34,236 nucleotides of DNA, from assembly GCA_964644475.1 (NCBI GenBank), contig CAZXWT010000004.1, positions 1-34,236 on the forward strand. Direction: 5' to 3'. Shown here in pieces: positions 18,719-26,342 of this stretch. Below the pieces are notes generated by a model. The model saw nothing but the letters and a program-made list of their open reading frames with translations, ran no database searches and was not told the origin of the DNA. The translations under genes were made by a program, and so were the position numbers. Position 1 is the first letter of the stretch. Every line of letters begins with the position of its first letter. This DNA is from an uncultured Sediminibacterium sp. (GTDB taxonomy: Bacteria > Bacteroidota > Bacteroidia > Chitinophagales > Chitinophagaceae).

Positions 18719-21313
18719 TTACTGAGGGATTTGATCCATGCCTCCTCCGCCTTCTTCCACTTTATTATTTTTTCTTCTTAACAAGTTCATATCGAATTTA
18801 CCAAAACGATAAGAGAAGTTTACTCTAAATAATTGTTGGTCTCTTACTCTTGTTTGGTTTTGTATAAAGTAAACACTTTCTGAATAAGTCTTATTCACTC
18901 TTGTTTTAAACACATCATTTACACTGAATGATAAACTTGCAGTGTTGCCTCCTTTGATAGCCCATTCTTTTCTAATAGCCATATCAAAATCATACACTGG
19001 CAAATTATATCCTTGTGCAGTTGACTGAGGTCCTCCAAAACCACCGCCTGGTCCACCAAATCCACCACCTCTACTTGCACTACCACCTGGAGGTAAAATA
19101 GTTTTAGCTTGGTATTGTCCGCTAAATTGGAAAGACAGGGTTTTAGTTAATTTAAAAGTATTATTCATTTTACTAAACCAGCTAGTTAAATCATTGTTTA
19201 CATTTTGTCCAGGAATAGTTGCTTCGATAGCTGATTTAAATAAGTTAAAACTTAAATTCAAATCCCACCATTTTGTCACAGATGTTTTATTACTTAATTC
19301 CAATCCATATACTTTTGCGGTATTGGCATTGATAGAAGAACTGAAATAAGCACTGTCGCCATTGGCACTAGCACGGTTAATGTCTTTATAAACATAGTTA
19401 GTGATTAAGTCAGTACTATATTTATAATAAATGGTTGCTAAAAAGTTAGATCCTTTTTTATAAGCATTATTATAAGCTATTTCAAATGAATGAGTAAACT
19501 GAGGCTTTAACGCTGGATTACCAATTTGAATATTTTGGGGATCGCTATAATCAGGGAAAGGCAATAATTGGAAGAAATTTGGAGGGCTAATTCTCTTTGA
19601 ATAATTCAATTGGAAATCTTCCTTGTCATTTTTCTTATAATTAATAAATGCACTTGGGAATAAACTAATAGGGTAGCTGTTCTTAAATCTTAAAGAATCG
19701 TTTCCTCTTGAATTTAAAATAGCTCCATTATATTCTCTGCTTTCAGCACGTAAACCTAGTTGGTAGCTGAACTTGTCTTTTTTGAAACCTAAATTACTGT
19801 ATGCAGCATATACCTTTTCGTCGTAATTATAAGGATTACTGATATTTGACAATAAAATATTATTTCTAAATTGGTCTCTTTTATTGTATTCACTTCTATA
19901 ATTGTACCTCACGCCAGTTTCAAACTTCATTTCATTTTTAAACTCTCTCACATAATCCAAATTGTAAGTATAATTTTTATTATTACCTACACCCACACTT
20001 CTTTGGTTTAGTATGGTAGAATTGATGGTTGACCAGTTGTTTGATTCGGATTCGTTGTAATTGAAGTCTGTACTGATTTCGTGCCCTTTCTCTGCAAATA
20101 AATGCTTATAACTTAATTGCCCACCCTTATTTAAAAATTCGAAATGAGAATTATTATCTAAACTATAATTTCTGGTATTATTTGAAATGACAGAATCAAT
20201 AATTTGATTGCCTGTATTATTAAAAGCACCCTTTACAACATTACCATATAAAGAGAATGTATTTCTATTGTCTGGTAAATAATCCAATCCTGTTCTGAAA
20301 AAATTAAAACTACCATTACTAGTACTGTTATTAATAGTTTTTATACTTGTTGGATTTAGTGAACCAAGAATTTCTCTGATATTTTCAGATGTGCCTATAG
20401 ATTTACGTTCATTGATATTTGCATTTGCAGAGAAGTTTATTTTATTATCTCTTAAATTGATATCACCACCGCCATTAAATTTGCCTCTCATATCAATGCC
20501 AGTTCTAATACCTCCGTTATAACCATTCTTTCTGTTTTTCTTTAGAACGATATTTAAAATACCGGCATTACCACCAGTGGCATCATATTTAGAAGAAGGG
20601 TTGGTGATAATCTCTACTCTATCTATAATATCTGCAGGAATTTGATCCATTGTTAAAGTAGTAGGTCTGTTGTCAATCAATAATGTTGGAGCAGCATTTC
20701 TTAAAGTAACATTACCATCAATATCCACATTTAAGTTGGGTATATTTTTCATTACTTCAACTGCTGTTTGGCCAGTGCTCGTTAAATTCTTGTCTACATT
20801 GAATACTTTTCTATCAATGCCCATTTCAAATTGTGGCTTTGCGGTGGAGGTAACTGTTACGCTAGCTAATTCATTAGGGTTTTCTTCTAATTTAATATTT
20901 CCTAAATCTTTATCTACCATTGCTAGCATATCTTGCATATTCCCGCCGCCATTCATTTTTATATTAAAACTAACAGGCTTCTCTAATTTTTTATATCCAA
21001 TACCAGTGAAAACTAATTTAAAATTAGCGCCCATAATTGGTAAATTGTCAAAACTAAAATCTCCATTACTAGCACTAATCATAGTACCTACAATCACTTC
21101 TGTAGTTTTCTTAGTAGCTGGATCAAACTTGTTATTTTTTAATTGTATGGTAATGCCATCAATGCCTTTTTTGTTGGCATCCACTACTTTACCATAAAAA
21201 TGACCCATGTTCATATTTCCGCCACCAGTTCTTGCAGCAGCTCCAGGAAATTGGGCAAAACTGTTTATTTGGGCTACAAATAAACATCCAATAATCAATA
21301 GTATATTTCTCAT
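18719..21313 (-). CDS. Outer-membrane beta-barrel / TonB-dependent receptor-like protein
   Basis: Signal peptide SFA-Q; N-terminal carboxypeptidase-regulatory-like domain; plug motifs IDRKVFNV, IDRVEIITNPSSKYDA.G..GILNIVLKK; GNPALKPQF; terminal strand VNFSYRFG. Confidence 0.88.
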   Translation of the reverse strand: MRNILLIIGCLFVAQINSFAQFPGAAARTGGGNMNMGHFYGKVVDANKKGIDGITIQLKNNKFDPATKKTTEVIVGTMISASNGDFSFDNLPIMGANFKLVFTGIGYKKLEKPVSFNIKMNGGGNMQDMLAMVDKDLGNIKLEENPNELASVTVTSTAKPQFEMGIDRKVFNVDKNLTSTGQTAVEVMKNIPNLNVDIDGNVTLRNAAPTLLIDNRPTTLTMDQIPADIIDRVEIITNPSSKYDATGGNAGILNIVLKKNRKNGYNGGIRTGIDMRGKFNGGGDINLRDNKINFSANANINERKSIGTSENIREILGSLNPTSIKTINNSTSNGSFNFFRTGLDYLPDNRNTFSLYGNVVKGAFNNTGNQIIDSVISNNTRNYSLDNNSHFEFLNKGGQLSYKHLFAEKGHEISTDFNYNESESNNWSTINSTILNQRSVGVGNNKNYTYNLDYVREFKNEMKFETGVRYNYRSEYNKRDQFRNNILLSNISNPYNYDEKVYAAYSNLGFKKDKFSYQLGLRAESREYNGAILNSRGNDSLRFKNSYPISLFPSAFINYKKNDKEDFQLNYSKRISPPNFFQLLPFPDYSDPQNIQIGNPALKPQFTHSFEIAYNNAYKKGSNFLATIYYKYSTDLITNYVYKDINRASANGDSAYFSSSINANTAKVYGLELSNKTSVTKWWDLNLSFNLFKSAIEATIPGQNVNNDLTSWFSKMNNTFKLTKTLSFQFSGQYQAKTILPPGGSASRGGGFGGPGGGFGGPQSTAQGYNLPVYDFDMAIRKEWAIKGGNTASLSFSVNDVFKTRVNKTYSESVYFIQNQTRVRDQQLFRVNFSYRFGKFDMNLLRRKNNKVEEGGGGMDQIPQ
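19028..19069 (-). repeat. Two-copy 21-nt coding repeat (GGGFGGP x2) in the receptor
   Basis: aggtcctccaaaaccaccgcc / tggtccaccaaatccaccacc; identical peptide, synonymous differences. Confidence 0.7.
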
Positions 21314-21410
21314 AATCTTTATTTAAACATTTATATTTCAATAGATTCACTAACCAATATAATTAGCTGCAAATATCCAACATCTTTATGTGGCTATAAA
21401 GGGAGATAGT

Positions 21411-21440
21411 ATGAACGGCAATTAAACCTTATTTAACTGC
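21411..21440 (-). promoter_or_regulatory. Candidate LytTR-family response-regulator binding site
   Basis: Minus strand GCAGTTAAA-12 nt-GCCGTTCAT; 7/9 and 8/9 matches to [TA][AC][CA]GTTN[AG][TG] with a 12-bp spacer. Confidence 0.55.
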
Positions 21441-21451
21441 CAAATGCAGGG

Positions 21452-21982
21452 TTAAAAAATGGACCAAACCAGATAACTAATACAAGCCCAAACTATACCA
21501 AGGGCAATTGCCAACTTTCTCATGGGTGAAGTGGCTTTTAAAATCGCTTTTTTGATAATAGGTAGAGATTTTTCTTCAAATTGCTCAATCATGGTTTGTT
21601 GAATATTGTTTCCGAAAACATGAATTAAATCGGGGAACATATTTTGTAGTTCTTCAATGAATACTTCTTTCAATTGTTGAATTGTTTTATCACCAATAAA
21701 CATGGCAATCATTGGCAATTTTTGAGTCAATCTATTTCTGAAAAAATCATCTAATTTGGTATCAATCACTGGAATCAATTGATCCAATTGTTTGGGTAAA
21801 TGATCTGCAGGTATTAATTGCTGCCATTCTATAGTTTTAACCCATTGAAGAATTGGAGCTTCCCAGTGGATTCCCAAAATATGAATGGATTTTTTAGGAT
21901 AAAAAAGTATTCCAACCATACCCCAGCTAATTAACCATGCAAAGGCTGCGAACATGATCAGTAAAAAAACAAAAAGCGCCAT
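21452..21982 (-). CDS. Hypothetical membrane protein (DUF445-like architecture)
   Basis: Hydrophobic N- and C-terminal helices; LFYPKK motif and KLPMIAMFIGDKTI; family assignment tentative. Confidence 0.6.
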   Translation of the reverse strand: MALFVFLLIMFAAFAWLISWGMVGILFYPKKSIHILGIHWEAPILQWVKTIEWQQLIPADHLPKQLDQLIPVIDTKLDDFFRNRLTQKLPMIAMFIGDKTIQQLKEVFIEELQNMFPDLIHVFGNNIQQTMIEQFEEKSLPIIKKAILKATSPMRKLAIALGIVWACISYLVWSIF

Positions 21983-21997
21983 AATATTGATTTAAAG

Positions 21998-22031
21998 AAA
22001 AAACCCATCCCGAATTACGGGACAGGTTTTT
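21998..22031 (-). terminator. Intrinsic terminator of tRNA-His
   Basis: Minus strand AAAAACC-TG-TCCCG-taatt-CGGGA-TG-GGTTTTTT; the two internal pairs are G:U only on the minus strand, which fixes the orientation. Confidence 0.8.
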
Positions 22032-22035
22032 AGGG

Positions 22036-22110
22036 GGAGAGTAATGGGTCTCGAACCCACGACCTACAGTGCCACAAACTGTCGCTCTAACCTACTGAGC
22101 TATACCCTCC
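22036..22110 (-). tRNA. tRNA-His (GUG)
   Basis: G-1, acceptor GAGGGTA/TACTCTC, discriminator C; D arm GCTC/GAGC; anticodon arm ACAGT-TTGTGGC-ACTGT; T arm GTGGG-TTCGAGA-CCCAT; CCA not encoded. Confidence 0.97.
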
Positions 22111-22121
22111 ATTTTGGGTCG

Positions 22122-22129
22122 CAAAAATA
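22122..22129 (-). promoter_or_regulatory. -7 promoter element for tRNA-His
   Basis: TATTTTTG on the minus strand, 11 nt before G-1. Confidence 0.65.
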
Positions 22130-22233
22130 CATTAAATCAGTAATCTATAAAATTAGTTGGGCATGTTTTTATAAAATTATGGTAAAAAGATCCAGAATAT
22201 CCAAGATTAGCAGCTTTCAAAGCCATTTTACGC

Positions 22234-22241
22234 TATTTTTG
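22234..22241 (+). promoter_or_regulatory. Candidate -7 promoter element for prc
   Basis: TATTTTTG, 9 nt before ATG 22251. Confidence 0.55.
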
Positions 22242-22250
22242 AATTTCTTC

Positions 22251-24404
22251 ATGCGAGTAATTATGACATATGTAAAACAAAATAAGTGGACATTTTTAGC
22301 CACTATCTTAGTCTTTGGGGGTTTATTTTTCGCTTTTAATATTGTATCTGAGCAACAAGAGCCAAGTTCTGTAAGACATAGAAAGCTAGTATCTACTATT
22401 GGGCAGTTATTAGAAACTGAACATTATAGTCCTAGAAAAATAGATGATGCATTTTCAAAAGAAGTTTTTGATGCTTATTTCAAGGCATTGGATCCAGAAA
22501 AGTCTTTGTTTTTCCAGTCGGATATCGATAGTTTAAAAATATATGAAAGAAGAATTGATGATGAAATTCATGGAAGTCCTTTAAGTTTTACTGATGCTGT
22601 TGACATGGTATATGATAGAAGAATAAAAGAGGCAAAAACTTTGTTTAATAAACTTATTGAGCAGCCTTTTGATTTTAACAGTAACGACTCTATTTATTTT
22701 GACGCAGATGCAATACCTTTTCCTAAAAATGCTAAAGAACGTGATGAAAGATGGAGAAAATTATTGACCTATAGAGTATTAGATAGATATGTTTCTGCTA
22801 TCGAAGAAAGAGAAAAGAATAAAGGGAAAGAAAAATATATTGTAAAATCTGATTCTTTAATTGAAGTTGAATCAAGAAATGCAGTCAAAAAAATTCAATT
22901 AAAAAAGTTCGAATCTCTTGAAAGAACATTTGGTAAAGAAAAAAGATTTGAAACCTTTTTAAATACTATTACCACTTTAATGGACCCTCATACCGATTAT
23001 TTTGCTCCTGTAGAGAAGAGATCTTTTACAGAGCAAATGAGTGGGGTGTTTTATGGTATTGGTGCTTTATTAGGCCAAGATGATAATGGGGTTAAATTAG
23101 TGAACATTACTCCAGGCGGCCCAGCTTGGAAGTCAGGACAATTGGTAGCTAATGATGTGATTATTAAAATTGCCCAAGGCGCAGATGAGCCGGTGGACAT
23201 TGAAGGGTATGAAACTACAGAAGCTGTAAAATTAATTAGAGGTAGTGAGGGTACTGAAGTAAGATTAACTGTAAGAAAACCTGACGGAACTATTAAGGTG
23301 GTTGCTTTAAAAAGAGAAAAAGTTGTCTTGGATGAAGGTTATGCAAGAAGTGCAGTTATCACAAAAGGCAATGATAAATATGGCTATATATACTTGCCAG
23401 ATTTTTATGCAGATTTTGAAAGAGAAGATGGACATAGATGTTCAGAAGACGTTGCCAAAGAAATTGTAAAATTAAAAGCCGAAAATGTAAAAGGTATTAC
23501 TATTGATATTCGATATAATGGTGGAGGTTCTTTATATGAAGTGGTTCAAATGGTGGGTTTATTTATTGACAAAGGCCCTGTTGTTCAAATAAGAGACAAG
23601 GGAGGAAGATCTCAGGTATTATATGATGAGACACCAGGCACTTTATATGATGGTCCATTGGTAGTAATGGTGAATGAGTTTAGCGCATCGGCAAGTGAAA
23701 TTTTTGCAGCAGCTATTCAGGATTATAAAAGAGGAATCATTGTAGGAAGTAGCTCTTCTTATGGTAAAGGAACAGTTCAAAGAAATGTTTCTTTTGGTAA
23801 ACCATTGGATTCTTTGGGAATTCAAACAGAGTATGGCGCAGTAAAATTGACTATTCAAAAATTTTATAGAATCAACGGAAGTTCCACTCAAAAGAGAGGT
23901 GTAGCGCCAGATATTGTTTTACCAGATGAGTATGAGTTTTTCAAGTACAGAGAAAAAGATAATCCAACTGCTTTACCTTGGGATGAAATGGAGAAAGCTA
24001 AATATCAGGTTTGGACAAAGAGTCCCAATATTTATACAATTGCTAGTGCAGAAAATAAAAAGTTAAGCACAGATACAGCCATTAGCAGATTTAAGAAAAA
24101 TGCTCAGTGGATTGCAGGTCAGGTTGATCGACCTTCTTATTTGAATATAGAGAAATTCAAAGTATTCAAAAAACAAATTCAAGATATCGTTCAACAAAAT
24201 GAAAATATTTTAAAGCTGAAAGAACCTATGCAGGTTTCCCCCCTTAAAGCTGATCATGATAAGTTTTATAACAACCCTGACAAGGCTAAGCAAGATAGAT
24301 ATCAGGCATGGCTGAAGCAGGTTGCTAAAGACATTCAATTATCACAGTCAAATGCACTTTTAGGTAAATTAACGATGGCTAGCGCTGTGGTAAAGAAGGG
24401 ATAA
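22251..24404 (+). CDS. prc: Carboxy-terminal processing (tail-specific) protease, peptidase S41A
   Basis: N-terminal hydrophobic segment; DPHTDY, PDZ GIGA, DIRYNGGG, catalytic SASASEI and YGKGTVQ, STQKRGV.PDI. Start 22251 or 22263; the track's longer start overlaps the tRNA. Confidence 0.92.
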   Translation: MRVIMTYVKQNKWTFLATILVFGGLFFAFNIVSEQQEPSSVRHRKLVSTIGQLLETEHYSPRKIDDAFSKEVFDAYFKALDPEKSLFFQSDIDSLKIYERRIDDEIHGSPLSFTDAVDMVYDRRIKEAKTLFNKLIEQPFDFNSNDSIYFDADAIPFPKNAKERDERWRKLLTYRVLDRYVSAIEEREKNKGKEKYIVKSDSLIEVESRNAVKKIQLKKFESLERTFGKEKRFETFLNTITTLMDPHTDYFAPVEKRSFTEQMSGVFYGIGALLGQDDNGVKLVNITPGGPAWKSGQLVANDVIIKIAQGADEPVDIEGYETTEAVKLIRGSEGTEVRLTVRKPDGTIKVVALKREKVVLDEGYARSAVITKGNDKYGYIYLPDFYADFEREDGHRCSEDVAKEIVKLKAENVKGITIDIRYNGGGSLYEVVQMVGLFIDKGPVVQIRDKGGRSQVLYDETPGTLYDGPLVVMVNEFSASASEIFAAAIQDYKRGIIVGSSSSYGKGTVQRNVSFGKPLDSLGIQTEYGAVKLTIQKFYRINGSSTQKRGVAPDIVLPDEYEFFKYREKDNPTALPWDEMEKAKYQVWTKSPNIYTIASAENKKLSTDTAISRFKKNAQWIAGQVDRPSYLNIEKFKVFKKQIQDIVQQNENILKLKEPMQVSPLKADHDKFYNNPDKAKQDRYQAWLKQVAKDIQLSQSNALLGKLTMASAVVKKG

Positions 24405-24420
24405 GTTTAAAATAATAACA

Positions 24421-24933
24421 ATGGCAGTAGAAGTTAATGAGAAAGTTTGGCATGTAATTTATACCAAATCTAAGTGGGAGAAGAAAGTAGATAGTCTTTT
24501 ATTACAAAGAGGTTTCGAAAGCTGGTGTCCAGTTCAGAAGAAAGAGAGACAATGGTCTGACAGAAAAAAGATTATAGAAGAACCTCTTTTTAGATCTTAT
24601 GTTTTTGTAAAAGCAGCTAAAGAAGATCGTAATCAAATTTTATCAGTTAACGGAGTGGTTAACTTTTTATACTTTGAAAAAAAGCCTGCTATTATTAGAG
24701 ATAAAGAAATTGAAACCATCAAGAAATATTTAGGAGAATCTTATCAATCCATTCAAGTAGTGGACATGACAAATATACCAGCACAGACAAGGGTCTCTAT
24801 AAATAATGGTCTATTTATGGGTCAAAAAGGGGAAGTAATCAAATCTGGTAAAAGAAATGTTTTTGTTCGACTTGATAGCATCAATATGATGATGATTGTG
24901 GAATTTAAAGTGGAAGAGATTACGGTAGATTAA
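24421..24933 (+). CDS. upxY: UpxY-family (NusG paralog) transcription antiterminator
   Basis: WHVIYTKSKWEKKV, RQWSDRKKIIEEPLFRSYVFV, PAIIRDKEI, KOW-like GLFMGQKGEV. Confidence 0.9.
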   Translation: MAVEVNEKVWHVIYTKSKWEKKVDSLLLQRGFESWCPVQKKERQWSDRKKIIEEPLFRSYVFVKAAKEDRNQILSVNGVVNFLYFEKKPAIIRDKEIETIKKYLGESYQSIQVVDMTNIPAQTRVSINNGLFMGQKGEVIKSGKRNVFVRLDSINMMMIVEFKVEEITVD

Positions 24934-26222
24934 GCAATAGTCCAATCTATAATTTGATTGCTCCATTCCTGCCTATAAGGCGTGGTGATTCTAATATAAT
25001 TATCTGTATAGCCTTCTAGCATAGCAATATCACTTGGATCTTTTTGTTTGATAGATTCAAACAAAACTTTTCTAGTAGATCCAATATGTCTCGCTTTGAA
25101 GTATTGTTCTTTTTGATAAGACAAATTGCGAAGTATTTTATTTCTTTCTTGTCTTACAGAAATGGGAACTACAGGTTTGATGTCTAAGGCTTTGGTAGCA
25201 GCTCTTTCAGAATAAGTAAATACATGTAAATAGGATATCTCTAATGCATGAATAAAATCCATGCTTTCTTTAAAGTAAGCTTCTGTTTCTCCAGGAGATC
25301 CTACAATCACATCCACTCCAATACTTGCGTCTGGAATGAGTTGGTTGATTAAGTCTATTTTGTCTTTATATAATTGACTATTATACCTTCTTTGCATTAA
25401 TTTCAATACTGCATCAGAACCGCTTTGCAATGGAATATGAAAATGGGGCATGAATCTTTTGCTTTGCGCTACCCATGCAATCATTTCATCTGTCAATAAA
25501 TTGGGCTCAATTGAAGAGATGCGGTATCTTGGAATATTGGTTTCTGTATCCAATGCTTTGATTAAATCAAAAAAGTTTTCTTCTCTTTTTTTACCTCCGT
25601 CAAATCCTTTTCCAAAGTCGCCCAAATTAATTCCAGTGAGCACAATTTCTTGAACTCCATTAGCTGCTAAACCCTGCGCTTGTTTCACCACATTCTCAAT
25701 ACTATCACTTCTGCTTTTACCTCTTGCCATTGGAATAGTACAAAAAGAACAACTATAATCACATCCATCTTGCACTTTCAAAAAAGTTCTAGTTCTATCA
25801 TTCACAGAATAAGAACTATTAAAGCCAGAAACAGTTTCGATATCACAGCTGCAGATTTTAGTGGCATCGCCTTTTGAAAGTGTTGCGATATGCTCCACTA
25901 GATTGAATTTTTCGGCAGCTCCTAAAACCAAGTCAACACCCGGAATCTCTGCTATTTCTTTGGGTTTTAATTGTGCATAGCATCCAGTAATCACCACAAA
26001 ACTTTCAGGGGCTAATTTTTGAATTCTTCTTACCAATTGCCTGCATTCTTTGTCTGCATTTTCTGTAACAGAACAAGTATTGATCACGTATACGTCTGCC
26101 TGCTCCGTAAAAGCCTTTTTCTCAAAGCCTTCTTGCTCCAATTGTCTAGAAAGGGTAGAAGTCTCTGAAAAATTAAGCTTACAGCCCAAAGTATGAAAGG
26201 CGACAGAACGTTTATTTTCCAT
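24930..26222 (-). CDS. mtaB: tRNA t6A37 methylthiotransferase
   Basis: HTLGCKLNFSE, NTCSVT, TGCYAQ, radical-SAM LKVQDGCDYSCSFC, RISSIEP, HIPLQSG, HVFTYS, GYTDNY; start reassigned to ATG 26222. Confidence 0.93.
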   Translation of the reverse strand: MENKRSVAFHTLGCKLNFSETSTLSRQLEQEGFEKKAFTEQADVYVINTCSVTENADKECRQLVRRIQKLAPESFVVITGCYAQLKPKEIAEIPGVDLVLGAAEKFNLVEHIATLSKGDATKICSCDIETVSGFNSSYSVNDRTRTFLKVQDGCDYSCSFCTIPMARGKSRSDSIENVVKQAQGLAANGVQEIVLTGINLGDFGKGFDGGKKREENFFDLIKALDTETNIPRYRISSIEPNLLTDEMIAWVAQSKRFMPHFHIPLQSGSDAVLKLMQRRYNSQLYKDKIDLINQLIPDASIGVDVIVGSPGETEAYFKESMDFIHALEISYLHVFTYSERAATKALDIKPVVPISVRQERNKILRNLSYQKEQYFKARHIGSTRKVLFESIKQKDPSDIAMLEGYTDNYIRITTPYRQEWSNQIIDWTIA

Positions 26223-26228
26223 GGGCTG

Positions 26229-26236
26229 CAAAGATA
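26229..26236 (-). promoter_or_regulatory. Candidate -7 promoter element for mtaB
   Basis: TATCTTTG on the minus strand, 6 nt before the ATG. Confidence 0.6.
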
Positions 26237-26313
26237 AAAAACATAGGGGGAAACCGGAAATCTTAAAATAATCATAAACCGGGCCTATATTTCCCTTTTT
26301 GCCTAGATTAAGT

Positions 26314-26321
26314 TAAGTTTG
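26314..26321 (+). promoter_or_regulatory. Candidate -7 promoter element for the DUF2723 gene
   Basis: TAAGTTTG, 21 nt before ATG 26343. Confidence 0.55.
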
Positions 26322-26342
26322 CAACTACTAAAATGGTTAAGA

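Noticed and set aside
20670-21197. 175-aa plus-strand ORF, and the other short nested or antisense ORFs in the track
   Set aside because: They lie within or mostly overlap well-supported genes or the attenuator, and show no recognisable motifs; typical shadow ORFs.
1-21313. Gln directly after the predicted signal cleavage site in four exported proteins
   Set aside because: Established Bacteroidota pyroglutamate (Q-rule) feature; useful for taxonomy, not novel.
18719-22036. Possible island integrated at the tRNA-His 3' end
   Set aside because: No integrase, no duplicated tRNA 3' end seen, and the native terminator is intact.
22044-22250. Track's 69-aa N-terminal extension of prc
   Set aside because: It is antisense to tRNA-His and spans both divergent promoters.
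26243-26295. AAACCGG direct repeat (26251, 26276) and short inverted matches in the mtaB/DUF2723 spacer
   Set aside because: Only 5-7 bp long, inconsistent geometry, and no match to a motif I recognise.
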